From IMG/VR virus record IMGVR_UViG_3300024988_000006: a stretch of 54,836 nt of DNA; one strand, written 5' to 3'. The position numbers were made by a program, and so were the translations under genes. Positions 37,301-46,173 of this stretch are shown here, in pieces (within the stretch, counting starts at the first letter, position 1; each line of letters starts with the position of its first letter). The DNA is from a virus. The notes below the pieces were generated by a model that ran no database searches, had not been told where the DNA came from, and saw nothing but the letters and a program-made list of their open reading frames with translations.

Positions 37301-39598
37301 GATTTGGAACAAACATTCAAAGCCATCACCTTCGACGACGAAACACGTTGGGTGAATTTGCCAGATTTAAAAGCACAATTAGGTGTTTATCGTAACCAAC
37401 GCTATGGTTGGGACTTACCTGTATGGGATACATCAACAGGTGTTGAGTGGGATTCGGCCTTCCCTGGAGTTGAAAACCTGTTTTTCGATGCAGAATATAC
37501 AGACCGTACCGAAATTACGCCAACTGATGAGTATGTTCGTTTAACAACATCATGTGATGGTGTTAGTATTATTGCCAATAATGGTACCGAATCATTGACT
37601 TTAACAGGTCTAAATGCCATTGTGCCCATTACCTTGCCATCATTTACCTATCTTCCAGGTACAAATAATCTGGATGTGTATTTCAATGGTGTAAAACTAG
37701 AGCCAACGATTGGTTACACCGAAATAAACACCACAACCATTCAGTTATTGGTGAGTGGTATTGGTGATGTTGAAATCATTAAACGTCCTGCTAGACTTGT
37801 CGAACGTGTTAACTACGAGCGTGTTAATAGCTACGTTATTCGTTTGCTACCAATTGCTTCTCTCGCTGAATTTGGTAACTTAACAATCTACACAATTAAC
37901 CCCGCTAAACAGCTCCAAAATGCTGGAAGATTGGTAGATATTAAGTCGCGGTCGGTTGTAACTGACTTACCTATTTGGGATCCTATACACGGGCATCAGT
38001 ACCATAATGCCATCAACGTGGTTGATTTAAAAAATGATGATGATATGGCAATCTACAGCACCACTCAAGATGATGTGGTAGATCCTACACACATTTGGAA
38101 TGCTGCTCAGGTAGGTAAAGTTTGGTTAGATACGAAAAATATGGAGTACATCCCATATCACGATACAATCATCTTCCCCAACATCAATGATAGAGTTACA
38201 TATTGGGGTAAATTGGTAGAGTGGAATGATGTTAACATGTATGAGTGGACAGAATCTGATGTCATTCCAACCCAATGGGATGATTTGGTTACGTCTCAAG
38301 CCGACGATTCCACCATTCCACAGAATGATAAACTTACTGGCACACCAAGAAAGGTATTATACAGAAGAACTCGTCCTACTTCAAATGACGATTGGGGTAG
38401 TTGGAGCGCTGTGTCGAAGCCAGGCTATCCGTCAAATCCAACAATGGTTGTATATGGTTATATTGATAACACTACTTCTTATGCACTTGACACCAGCTTT
38501 ACTGGTACTGATGGTAGCAAGGTTGGTGTGTATCTCAATGGTATATACAAAGGTGATGTTATTGTTGCTAATCCACTTGGCAACAATCCAACAATTGATA
38601 TTAGTAGTATCATTTCAGTAGTAAATAATTATGATACCGTTACAATTATAGAACAATTGCACGTTCCTGCCGAAGAGACTTCCGTTACAACATTAAGCAC
38701 ATCAACAGATTTGGTAGAATACATCTATAACACGCCGTATTCACAGGTAGACACCATTAATAATGTTGGTGTGGTGACGTCCACAAAATACTACTTCTGG
38801 GTTAAGAATAAATCAAATGTAACAAACAATAGAGTTTACTCATTGAATGATGCATTTGCACAACTAATTTCACCAGATGTTGCGTATATGTTCTTCCAAC
38901 ATTTCATTCCAGTAACTGAGTCTATGCCTAACCATTATGCACAAGTAATAGTTCGTGGTATTGCTAACCGCATTACAGCTGATAGTCGCTTCAAGATCCG
39001 TTTTACAAAAGACTATTCCATGCGTGACGAAGTAAGTGTAAAAGATAGTACGTTTGCTAGAAAAAATGTTCACCAAGAGTGGGCTATTTTCAGACAACAA
39101 CAGGAATCTGCAATTCCGCGTTACTTGTGGAACAAGGTAACTGAGGCTGCTACTGGTCATCCATTAACTAAAATAGATGATACACACTACACAATGGATA
39201 CAACAGCACTGATCCCTTCATTGGAACGTACACACTACGACCAAACGCATGGTACTTCAACAAGGATAGGCCTTGGTGACGATCAAGCTTTTTCGGATAA
39301 GACAATGACACTAAATACTATATTAGAAGAAATACAAAATCCGAACTACGATTTGTATCCAATTAGTAGAGAAACATTTTTTGCAACATATTCGTTTGAT
39401 ACTGACGAAAACACCAAGGCCGCAATGGATTATATCTATAATTCGTTCCCTTATGCTCATATCAACAGAATATTTTTCTCCGTCTTGTACGATGCGTTGT
39501 CGTTACAGGCTGAATATGTTGATTTGTTTAAAACCTCAACAATTGCGCTACACGGCGTTAGATTATTTGAAACCGCTGACAGGGTAATAGATGACTAA
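31340..39598 (+). CDS. giant (~2750 aa) virion structural protein, probably baseplate-associated
   Basis: Follows gp25/gp6; PPISIDKLVNYQDYYW, W-x-x-x-NRWIH and YKVAEYG blocks; beta-rich; start at 31340 (GGGG RBS) rather than 31304. Confidence 0.8.
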   Translation: MSNSDYSKPRTNLYDLLPNVLKTKVNKSIFENVHNRYLTKTELVPAFGSVGKRNPGVLHDNRLPEPTVHRQAWQLQPLLYSKIATVEHISSYHDILQEAARLGIDLDRLPKWGNALKFNFAPPISIDKLVNYQDYYWYDPVNHNSSPQYITIRNNCAVADNRRLQLEAQLDRVMRNPTSTPEEIAAVQQDVDAATVQRDCVCSGGGIGWDRTGWDDSGGDWWLGLPTAPDNTPPNVGDTFVYYDTPSQMVKVWSATDNNWIDAVTPLGVFPWDAAETCVAQTDPWSQENRWIHKSAINDSLGGLVRRAEMPIIEYNSFIELNEWVYVTHQWKYRADDVSDWITVVETPTDLEMVVRHNITVVDLINNEIYVSGDLTSTFTPGFVFAINDPSTPTTEDTLWTVVVSGFDNINNRTAVQLVENVSPISTTFKIVPTSTTSLGDQWKGFFFHWSYVGATQPIPTNNQYANPNVVFSEALSTVSNSTMFVAPAPFLNGADVIRVYVDEIRQYGTYIEGWYDSITSTFVAGVGPDGIHSNAIEFFNAVSVPATVHIETSPAALSDINHAEVSVRVDTSTTFTPATITLINYRRVEQVKTETNQYPLFNIFNVDGTPAFKANSIFTFQEAANYPVDLRIGKRIITSNSGKEFYFEQHLIEEDNGRLYCYKDNSSVEINNPEGLQAIWRKGLNDEEYVPRYVNQYRLAEGDEYYDANNVLQTTHILPGVSEDYTTTGDWEVAEQLYYNVNHENRKKFKLTDLVAHFNTILQAQQPDATMSFLQDQTAIIGTLQEYNFGVGGSIKEFNDSYDTFLSAMYQDSNNPLSVTTFASSQYANNITYLQETFLAGAVDYLKRGTAFSELKYIWDQGAYIADDIITAFEFNDAYDFVFGDSTTYDKNNTVDGNGNKVGIKNWIATLPFLKLAAAVEPQKLVDPALGINKIRHHDGHITDINVDVRTISAITTQLLAETGGGTGTAFPTTNLVRGMYFKRSDTNTLYRYNVVDVAPSPPGIINPIGSFWLNTNTDTLYIRDGSITGWSVYAGSPEDAWKEINIADLVVDIVFEAEQRLYRAVPPFSEFAFDYAMLAPAGDTDEQQVFIDYLKAAYVDFVQKYQLNPFATDYNAVDAFTWNYGGIDSATIPAGRYPTVASGTAKPWGSRWTVIYKEIFGTSYPHIEPWVLQGYTKKPVWWDDEYKNMTGTRRWIPVMWSNIAAGIIPAGKTPPVGTVPQYTHFCVNIYNTTIDGYAPDELIPPYYSNDVTLKQQAILNDVSWLTTLTTKINPTDIVSNSSYGFGDQGPVEQMWRESVEFFYDIVKVAFKMQPVRFLHYTMGFEFYDVAGLQVEKTSGKVLSHKDMVFHGDLVNNEIYQSPGFGQWYTNFIRYGAYDINTSDFKTKWTEWDPTLAYQTASFINAKSLQLASKYFPVTKQDYAITTKKTPGSADYWIDSLFVTTNKIGAWRTFNNTKIPSGTGYDWEFRVETASPVGRDLHYYNVKNYQFTVDVNTNICTTAVGLPWNDSTFPETNTWVTGTAVFISSTVANPGGVNDERVYFIIKDGNNTFKLADSLTNAEEGIAIDITTTGLGDLFVGEVQQHFMVSNGTFVNVNWAHYKMDKRAPNTIQAPYIIRGVQNLINFVDGYAEYYKDQGFVFNDNEEITELDVDTGKPLSWSVEVDRLITRIYTGLGEVNQIVSYEQPGSGPYTTTGSASWITRQNNIAAYHEVNPFRNNIWFNNQVGVVSNIVSGPFDVVSAVPLIYDATGVGTTSDKVFIYREDSKCHITLASLSGSVYDGENDQPRPYTDSHMSGVHIFVDTYEHIVLFNNYTIDGNLLYDAFIGLNVGKLSVEFEKHTHQTFRPNVGGYFLNDNQLVQNMEYSIENMKYYYDTYIVNETADYLDYARALLGYEDPTYLDQLGVGSKSKFVFWKGMLQHKGSVNSIKAFINSRLFVDAKIDEFWAYKVAEYGNIDPPYYPEVVLKMDDVFKNELRLHFTTSEDDLEQTFKAITFDDETRWVNLPDLKAQLGVYRNQRYGWDLPVWDTSTGVEWDSAFPGVENLFFDAEYTDRTEITPTDEYVRLTTSCDGVSIIANNGTESLTLTGLNAIVPITLPSFTYLPGTNNLDVYFNGVKLEPTIGYTEINTTTIQLLVSGIGDVEIIKRPARLVERVNYERVNSYVIRLLPIASLAEFGNLTIYTINPAKQLQNAGRLVDIKSRSVVTDLPIWDPIHGHQYHNAINVVDLKNDDDMAIYSTTQDDVVDPTHIWNAAQVGKVWLDTKNMEYIPYHDTIIFPNINDRVTYWGKLVEWNDVNMYEWTESDVIPTQWDDLVTSQADDSTIPQNDKLTGTPRKVLYRRTRPTSNDDWGSWSAVSKPGYPSNPTMVVYGYIDNTTSYALDTSFTGTDGSKVGVYLNGIYKGDVIVANPLGNNPTIDISSIISVVNNYDTVTIIEQLHVPAEETSVTTLSTSTDLVEYIYNTPYSQVDTINNVGVVTSTKYYFWVKNKSNVTNNRVYSLNDAFAQLISPDVAYMFFQHFIPVTESMPNHYAQVIVRGIANRITADSRFKIRFTKDYSMRDEVSVKDSTFARKNVHQEWAIFRQQQESAIPRYLWNKVTEAATGHPLTKIDDTHYTMDTTALIPSLERTHYDQTHGTSTRIGLGDDQAFSDKTMTLNTILEEIQNPNYDLYPISRETFFATYSFDTDENTKAAMDYIYNSFPYAHINRIFFSVLYDALSLQAEYVDLFKTSTIALHGVRLFETADRVIDD

Positions 39599-40817
39599 TC
39601 AAATAGATCCAGTACAAGGTCTGGTAGATTACACACTAAACGTAAAACCATTCCATAGTAAAATTATTGAGGTTCTTGTTGACTACATTCATAACGATTT
39701 GGTAGGTGTGACTGTAGTCGATACTATGAATTTCAAACTATCGGTAGATGCAAATTACACCCCACTGTATTGCACCACTGCAGGTTATGGTATAGGCCCT
39801 TATGGGGATTACTATACAGCTGGACAATCGCCAATACAATTCAATATCTTATCAATAAACACCACAACAAATGTGTTCACAGTTGGTGGAGATTTCCGTC
39901 CTTTTGTAAACGTAGGTAACAGTATATCAGTTCGTAATTCTACAACACACATTAATGGTGAGTGGGCCGTATCATCAATATCTTTTGATGCTATTACGCA
40001 CATCACTACAATGGATGTTAGCCACGTCATGGGCGGTACAACCGACGGAATAATTACTTCTGCTTCTGCCGCAACTTATCCAATCGTGCGTGTAGACGTA
40101 ACAAACAAGCTGTTTGTTATTAACAGTAACTTTTCATCAGATTTTTCTGTTGGTGATATTATCAGTGTTGGTGATTCGTCTGATAATGATGGTAACTGGT
40201 CAGTAACATCAGTATTCTACCATCTTCTCGAAGACACTACCATTTTGGGTGTCGAATTTGATTCGATGACAAGTTTAGTTGCGCCTGCAGATGGAAACAT
40301 TACAGTATACACACAATCCAATTTTGATTTACCGGAAGAATGTCCATCCATTTCTCCTAATATGGCACGTGCCACATTTGCTGAAGAACTTGACTTTATT
40401 CTTGGCGATACTTTGTGGTTTAGAGATTACATTAATGTCGACATTCTTGAACCATCCGGCATTGTGCCTTGGAGCGGAGAAATATATGGTTGGGATATAG
40501 CTGGTTATAACACGGAGTGGCCATCCTTTATAACAATGGTAGAGAACATGACCGATGCGGTTGGTGTTAATGTGTTAGATGCAGTCGATGTTGGTGATTT
40601 AGTAGCCATTCCAAACATGGGCCAATATGCGATTGATGATATTGGTTGGGATGCCTCAATGTGGGATAGTGGTTTAGGAGTGGAATGGGATCCTGATTTT
40701 GCTCCTGAAGTAGAATTACAGTCTGTTCAAACAGCTATTACGGACACAATGCAAATTGTGGGTGACCTAGCAAACGCGTTCGATTACCCATATTTTGACG
40801 TGGGTACATTCGATTAA
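39591..40817 (+). CDS. virion structural protein with an internal domain duplication
   Basis: VKPFHSKI N-terminus, two ~75-aa beta repeats and GWD/FD-rich motifs. Confidence 0.72.
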   Translation: MTNQIDPVQGLVDYTLNVKPFHSKIIEVLVDYIHNDLVGVTVVDTMNFKLSVDANYTPLYCTTAGYGIGPYGDYYTAGQSPIQFNILSINTTTNVFTVGGDFRPFVNVGNSISVRNSTTHINGEWAVSSISFDAITHITTMDVSHVMGGTTDGIITSASAATYPIVRVDVTNKLFVINSNFSSDFSVGDIISVGDSSDNDGNWSVTSVFYHLLEDTTILGVEFDSMTSLVAPADGNITVYTQSNFDLPEECPSISPNMARATFAEELDFILGDTLWFRDYINVDILEPSGIVPWSGEIYGWDIAGYNTEWPSFITMVENMTDAVGVNVLDAVDVGDLVAIPNMGQYAIDDIGWDASMWDSGLGVEWDPDFAPEVELQSVQTAITDTMQIVGDLANAFDYPYFDVGTFD

Positions 40818-40837
40818 TAGAGGTAACAACCAAATTG

Positions 40838-40871
40838 CATAAATAATAGAAATTTACACCAATAATAAATA
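40838..40871 (+). promoter_or_regulatory. two late promoter boxes
   Basis: CATAAATA at 40838-40845 and AATAAATA at 40864-40871. Confidence 0.6.
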
Positions 40872-40899
40872 TTATAACACATAAAGGAACAACATAGAC

Positions 40900-41868
40900 A
40901 TGAAACTACCATTTCGACAAGGGATAGTACGCTATCAGACCGATATTGCGAACAATCCCATTTTTTTACAGAAATCTAATGGTGGTCAAAATATCGATTT
41001 GTATGTATCACCTGACCCAACTATCGTAACTTTTGCCCAAGGTTCTTCAGATTACTTGTTTGAAGAGCGTAAAACCGTCCCCCAAGCATGGGGTCCATTT
41101 GTTTCTGGCCAAGATTATTGGTTATATTGGGATATTGATATGTTCACGGGTGCTCGAACATTTGGCGCCACACAGCTTCAACCAATATACTCAGTGGCCG
41201 AACCACATCATCCTCTTAATGACCAACATTGGTTTGATAAATCCAAGAACAAAATGTTTGTTTGGAATACAAACAAATGGTTTGAAAAGGTTAGAGTGTT
41301 TGCATGCAAGTATGAGGAAGGATCCGTTATTGTTTCCTATCCAACGGGTTCACAGGCTAGCATTTTACAAACAGTATATGCAGGTTACTTGTTGTTTGAT
41401 GTGGATGACAAACCAATCAAACAATGGAAACGAGATCAAACTGGTGAGTTTCTCACGACAGAATCAAAAATTATCACACACTCCTCCAAAATGTCAACCA
41501 TTGTGCTGGAAGCGGCCCAGGTTGTTGCAGAAGCAGCGGAAAACATCCCTGCTTGGTCGCTAGTGTGTTATAAGGGTTCCGATAAAATTGGACTTGCTTC
41601 ATATACTGACCAAATTCGACCAGCAGCTGGTTTAACGTATGAAGATTTATATGTTACAGAAATTGGAACATTCTACACATCAGGCTACATCACCAACAAT
41701 AACTGGAATTGGACAAATGCGCCGTCTACCCCATTGTTTTGTGGAGTTTCAGGTCAATTAACAACTACAGTGCCACAGGTGGGATCAATACAACGTGTGG
41801 GCATGATCGTGTCAAACGATACTATCTACCTCGATTTTGGTCCTCACATCGTTTTGGATGAGTCGTAA
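40900..41868 (+). CDS. virion structural protein with a C-terminal capsid-cement-like beta domain
   Basis: Late context; C-terminal AAENIPA...G-x-I-x-N-x-x-WNW...G-x-LT...QRVG pattern. Confidence 0.68.
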   Translation: MKLPFRQGIVRYQTDIANNPIFLQKSNGGQNIDLYVSPDPTIVTFAQGSSDYLFEERKTVPQAWGPFVSGQDYWLYWDIDMFTGARTFGATQLQPIYSVAEPHHPLNDQHWFDKSKNKMFVWNTNKWFEKVRVFACKYEEGSVIVSYPTGSQASILQTVYAGYLLFDVDDKPIKQWKRDQTGEFLTTESKIITHSSKMSTIVLEAAQVVAEAAENIPAWSLVCYKGSDKIGLASYTDQIRPAAGLTYEDLYVTEIGTFYTSGYITNNNWNWTNAPSTPLFCGVSGQLTTTVPQVGSIQRVGMIVSNDTIYLDFGPHIVLDES

Positions 41869-41870
41869 TC

Positions 41871-42179
41871 ATGGCTAATCTAGTACCTTTACATATTGAC
41901 AAAGACACTGGTAAGATAGTTGCCAGTGACAAGGGCGCCGGTCAAGTGCCTATTGGTGGCGCCTTTGGTTATGTACACCACCAAACTACTACTGCAAACA
42001 CGTGGACCATAACACACAATGGACATACCAACAATGTTATATGCCAAATTTATGATAATAATTACGATCTAATTTTATCTGACAATTTGCACATTGTAGA
42101 CATAAATACTATAGAGATTGCTTTTGGTGCGCCTCAAGATGGCTATGCTCACATCATAATGTTTAAAACATTACCATAA
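41871..42179 (+). CDS. small W-x-I-x-HN domain protein
   Basis: YVHHQTTTANTWTITHN. Confidence 0.72.
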   Translation: MANLVPLHIDKDTGKIVASDKGAGQVPIGGAFGYVHHQTTTANTWTITHNGHTNNVICQIYDNNYDLILSDNLHIVDINTIEIAFGAPQDGYAHIIMFKTLP

Positions 42180-42200
42180 TAGTGGATTAGAATACAGACA

Positions 42201-42434
42201 ATGAAAATGGAAATTTACAAAACAAGCGACATTATTCTAGCAGCGTGCCTCAAAGTACACGGATACGAATTAGATTCTATCAAGAAAACGGAAAACGGTA
42301 AAGGTATATTCATTTTCAAGAATGTACCGAGTGACTATCTTGCACAGTATGATTTGGGTAAAGTTTTAGTCGAACCTGTCAATTTTAACAACGCAATCAA
42401 GCAGTTAACGACTTCAGTAAGAAGAATGGTATAA
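42201..42434 (+). CDS. DUF5659-like small protein
   Basis: YKTSDIILAACL-x-x-x-GYEL...F-x-F...VEP pattern. Confidence 0.6.
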   Translation: MKMEIYKTSDIILAACLKVHGYELDSIKKTENGKGIFIFKNVPSDYLAQYDLGKVLVEPVNFNNAIKQLTTSVRRMV

Positions 42435-42437
42435 CAT

Positions 42438-42445
42438 CATAAATA
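42438..42445 (+). promoter_or_regulatory. late promoter box
   Basis: CATAAATA upstream of the fibre gene. Confidence 0.65.
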
Positions 42446-42508
42446 TAGTAACAAGCAAGAGTTTTCCGTAACACAACTAAAACCGGTTCATTTTAAGGAG
42501 AAAAAACA

Positions 42509-45196
42509 ATGAAACTCAATGGTAATTTAACACTTAATGCCTTAGGTGCTTCACAGATCGAAAATGCTGTGCTAGAGCGCATTACAGGTGCACTTCCAAC
42601 CGTACAGGCTAGTGAAGCAGGTCGTATTATCTATCACACAGATGATTCAACATTCTATTTTAACAACGCCACATCGTGGGTTGCCTTCGCAACTGGTGGT
42701 AGTGCTACTGCCATTCAATCCGAAGTCGATGCCATCGAAACTTCGTTAGGTACTGGTATCAGTGCTGCTGGTGCTTTCGTTGGTGCCTCCTTCACTGGTG
42801 TCGCCTCAGGTGCTACGAGCTTCACAGATGCAATTAACTTAGTTGCCGCTGCTGTTGCTGGCAAAGATGCGTTATCGGAATTAGTTGATGTTAATACAGG
42901 TACTGCCAACGCCAATGCCACTGATGGACAGTCGCTTGTATATGATACAGCAACTTCGAAGTGGATCAACCATTCGTTGGTTCTTGCTGATGTTACCGAC
43001 ATCACTGCAACTGCTGCAGAAGTTAACGTTTTACAAGGCATTCCAGGCACATTAACAGCAACCGAATTGGGTTATGTTGATGGTGTTACTGGTCCAATTC
43101 AGACCCAATTAGATGGCAAACAGCCAATTGACACCACTTTAACTGGTTTAGCTGCTTTGGCTGGTACTGGTATCGTTGTTGAAACTAGTGCTGATGTTTT
43201 CACAAACCGCACATTAGTTGCTCCTGCTGCTGGTATTACAATCTCCAATGCTGACGGTACTGCAGGTAACCCAACTCTTGTTCTTGCAAACGACTTAGCT
43301 GCATACGAAGGTTTAGCTACAACTGGATACGTTGTCCGTACTGGTGACGGTACTGCTGCAACTCGTGCTATTGCTGGTGGCGCCGGCAACATCGTTGTTA
43401 CCAACGGTGATGGTGTTTCTACAGATACACACGTTGATTTGGCACCTATTACTCAAGGATCAACCGGTGACTTTGTTAAAGTTACTCTTGATGGTTATGG
43501 TCGCGTAACTGGTAACACTGCTGTTGTTACTGCTGATATTACTGCATTGGTTGATGCAACTTATGTGAAAATTACAGGCGGCAACATGACTGGTGGTCTC
43601 AACATGGGTGCAACAAACACCGTTACAGGTCTTGCTGCCCCATCTAACGTATCCGATGCTGCAACAAAAGCTTATGTCGATGGTTTAGTTTCTGGTGGTG
43701 CTACATGGCGTAACCCTGTTGTTGGCCCTAACTTGGTTGATATCGTCGCGGTTGCTAGCCTACCTGGCACACCAAACGTTGGCGATGGTTACATTGTTAC
43801 GGACACATCGGGTGGTCATACAGCTGGTGACTTTATTGTTTGGACCGGTTCTGTATGGAACTTAGTACAAAATGTGGTTGCTGGTAATCGTTTCATCATC
43901 ACTGGTGAATCTACAGCCACTATTGGTACTACCCTTGATGGTATGTTCAATGCTAACGATTTGATTCAATATGTGTCCGGCGCTTTTGATTCTGCTGGTT
44001 CATGGACAACTCCTGAAGGTCTTGCTGGTACAACATTGCCACAAGGTACGACCGTTCTTTGTGATGATCCACAATCATATCACTTCGGTCACTCGTATCT
44101 TTATGATGCTTCTGGTAACCACTGGACCGAAATTGCAGGTCCAGGCTCGATTGGTGCTGGTACAGGTTTGGCTTATTCTGGCAACATTCTTAACGTTAAC
44201 ATGGGTGCTGGTATTGTTCAGTTACCTACTGATGAAGTTGGTATCGACCTTTATAACGGATCAAACAGTGCTTTAATTCTTACCACAGATGGTACTACTC
44301 ACACAACCGTAACTGGTGCTAAATTGTACTTGCGTCTTGATGCTGCTGGTGCTCTTGCACAAACATCATCAGGTTTAAAAATTGATGCTGCTTCGGTTAC
44401 CAATGCAATGTTAGTACAACCAAGCGTTGCTGTAAATGGCGACACTGGTTCTACGACATTACCTCTTGGTGATACTCTTGAAATTAAGGGTTCTTCGGTA
44501 CAAGGTATTGTAACATCTGTTGCCTCTTTGAGCAACGTTGAAACGTTTACCATTACTGCTTCTGATGCTTCTTCTTCACAGAAGGGTGTTGCTAAGTTTG
44601 TTTCCCCAACCTTCACGGTTACATCCGGTAACGTTGATATCGCAACTGCTGGTGTTTCTAACACAATGTTGGCAAACAGCTCGTTCACAGTATCTGATGG
44701 TGCAACACCACAAGGTATTAGCTTGGGTGGTACATTAACTGTTAGCGCTGCTGCAGGTACAGGCGTTGCTGTTAATACAACAACTACCGACACCATTACA
44801 ATCTCTGGTATTGATGCATCCACAACCGTTAAAGGTGTGGCAAGCTTTGATGCTGCTCAGTTCTCGGTCACAGCAGGTGCAGTTAGCTTGAATGCAACAT
44901 TGGGTGATTTGACTAACGTTGATGCAACAACTGCTGATGTTACAACTGCTGGAACAATGTTGGTGAATGATGGTACTAACTACAAGGGTCGTAAGATTTA
45001 CTACTTGTACACTGGCGCTTCTAACACCACTCACGTTGTTACACACAGCTTGGGTCAGAAGTACTGCAACGTTACTGTTGTTGATAGCACTGATGAAGTT
45101 ATCATCCCACAAAGCATCACATTCAACTCTGCTTCGCAATTAACTGTTGTTTTCAATACAGCAATTGCATGTACAGTTGTTGTAATGGGTGTGTAA
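42509..45196 (+). CDS. fibre-like protein (G/A/T/V-rich), 895 aa
   Basis: LSELVDV, ELGYVDGVT-x-x-IQ-x-QL-x-x-K, GNPTL, VTLDGYGRVT, DAATKAYVD and A-x-x-x-x-KGVA-x-F fibre motifs; C-terminal H-S-LG domain; strong RBS. Confidence 0.8.
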   Translation: MKLNGNLTLNALGASQIENAVLERITGALPTVQASEAGRIIYHTDDSTFYFNNATSWVAFATGGSATAIQSEVDAIETSLGTGISAAGAFVGASFTGVASGATSFTDAINLVAAAVAGKDALSELVDVNTGTANANATDGQSLVYDTATSKWINHSLVLADVTDITATAAEVNVLQGIPGTLTATELGYVDGVTGPIQTQLDGKQPIDTTLTGLAALAGTGIVVETSADVFTNRTLVAPAAGITISNADGTAGNPTLVLANDLAAYEGLATTGYVVRTGDGTAATRAIAGGAGNIVVTNGDGVSTDTHVDLAPITQGSTGDFVKVTLDGYGRVTGNTAVVTADITALVDATYVKITGGNMTGGLNMGATNTVTGLAAPSNVSDAATKAYVDGLVSGGATWRNPVVGPNLVDIVAVASLPGTPNVGDGYIVTDTSGGHTAGDFIVWTGSVWNLVQNVVAGNRFIITGESTATIGTTLDGMFNANDLIQYVSGAFDSAGSWTTPEGLAGTTLPQGTTVLCDDPQSYHFGHSYLYDASGNHWTEIAGPGSIGAGTGLAYSGNILNVNMGAGIVQLPTDEVGIDLYNGSNSALILTTDGTTHTTVTGAKLYLRLDAAGALAQTSSGLKIDAASVTNAMLVQPSVAVNGDTGSTTLPLGDTLEIKGSSVQGIVTSVASLSNVETFTITASDASSSQKGVAKFVSPTFTVTSGNVDIATAGVSNTMLANSSFTVSDGATPQGISLGGTLTVSAAAGTGVAVNTTTTDTITISGIDASTTVKGVASFDAAQFSVTAGAVSLNATLGDLTNVDATTADVTTAGTMLVNDGTNYKGRKIYYLYTGASNTTHVVTHSLGQKYCNVTVVDSTDEVIIPQSITFNSASQLTVVFNTAIACTVVVMGV

Positions 45197-45211
45197 TTAA
45201 GTAAGTGATTG

Positions 45212-45238
45212 GGGCCTTTGGCAACAAGGGCCCTTTTT
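45212..45238 (+). terminator. intrinsic terminator
   Basis: GGGCCTTTG-GCAA-CAAGGGCCC followed by TTTTT. Confidence 0.8.
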
Positions 45239-45302
45239 AAAGGGGTTTTATAGACAGACTCTTTTAAAAATACATCACTTCACCTACTTATGGGGACATC
45301 TC

Positions 45303-45908
45303 ATGAAACACTATGGTAATATTGACTTAAACGACAACCTAATGCAGCGGCTCGTGTTTGAAATGGAAACAAACTTTCCTTCAAATGCTGCTGCTGGACG
45401 AATTGTATTTAAAGATAAACGTTTATATATTTGCGCAGAAATTGTAACAGGTTTTCCTGTTTGGATTCCCCTAACAAACGAAATCGATACATTTGTATAC
45501 AAACAAGAAACTATTGCAACAACATGGACACTTACACACAACCTTAATACAGTGAATCCGATTGTGCAGGTATACGATTCTAACCGGTCACTAGTGATTC
45601 CAAATGAAGTTACAATCGTTGATAATAACACTGTTGTTGTATCATTTACTTATCCTGTAGCTGGTAGAGCTGTTGCTATGTTTGGTGATAGTTTGATGGG
45701 TGCTGGTAAGTCGCTAACAGCTTTTACCTATACACAAACATCACCAAGTGATACATGGGTAGTCGTTCATGATTTGGGATATTATCCCATTGTGCGCGTA
45801 TTTGTTGGTAATGAGGAAATACAACCAGCTTCTGTGGTGCACGATTCAATATTTCAAGTGACTATTACATTTACGTCAGCCCAAGTTGGCATTGCAAGAC
45901 TGGTTTAA
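45303..45908 (+). CDS. fibre-accessory protein with two W-x-x-x-H-N/D-L domains
   Basis: TTWTLTHNLN and DTWVVVHDLG repeats; N-terminus resembles the genes at 15937 and 42509. Confidence 0.75.
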   Translation: MKHYGNIDLNDNLMQRLVFEMETNFPSNAAAGRIVFKDKRLYICAEIVTGFPVWIPLTNEIDTFVYKQETIATTWTLTHNLNTVNPIVQVYDSNRSLVIPNEVTIVDNNTVVVSFTYPVAGRAVAMFGDSLMGAGKSLTAFTYTQTSPSDTWVVVHDLGYYPIVRVFVGNEEIQPASVVHDSIFQVTITFTSAQVGIARLV

Positions 45909-45918
45909 GGAGAGATAA

Positions 45919-46161
45919 ATGGCAACAGCATACAATACATCAGTGACAGCAACCAACGGATACACCTTCACACAGGATTCAGCCAGCACGACATGGAACA
46001 TTGTTCATTTGTTAAATACTACCGCGCCTGTCGTGGATTGTTGGGTGGATGTTGGTGGCGTTATGACAAAAATTATACCCGATGTGGTTGCAGTTGTTGA
46101 TGCGTCCACACTACAAATCACATTTACTACACCATATGCTGGTAAAGCATACGTAGTTTAA
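45919..46161 (+). CDS. single W-x-I-x-H domain protein
   Basis: YTFTQDSASTTWNIVHLLN; AAGGAG RBS. Confidence 0.72.
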   Translation: MATAYNTSVTATNGYTFTQDSASTTWNIVHLLNTTAPVVDCWVDVGGVMTKIIPDVVAVVDASTLQITFTTPYAGKAYVV

Positions 46162-46173
46162 CAGGAGATCGTA

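Noticed and set aside
42715-45139. Long antisense ORFs inside the fibre gene (and similar ones inside other large genes)
   Set aside because: They are shadows of biased codon usage on the coding strand, with no RBS or protein signatures.
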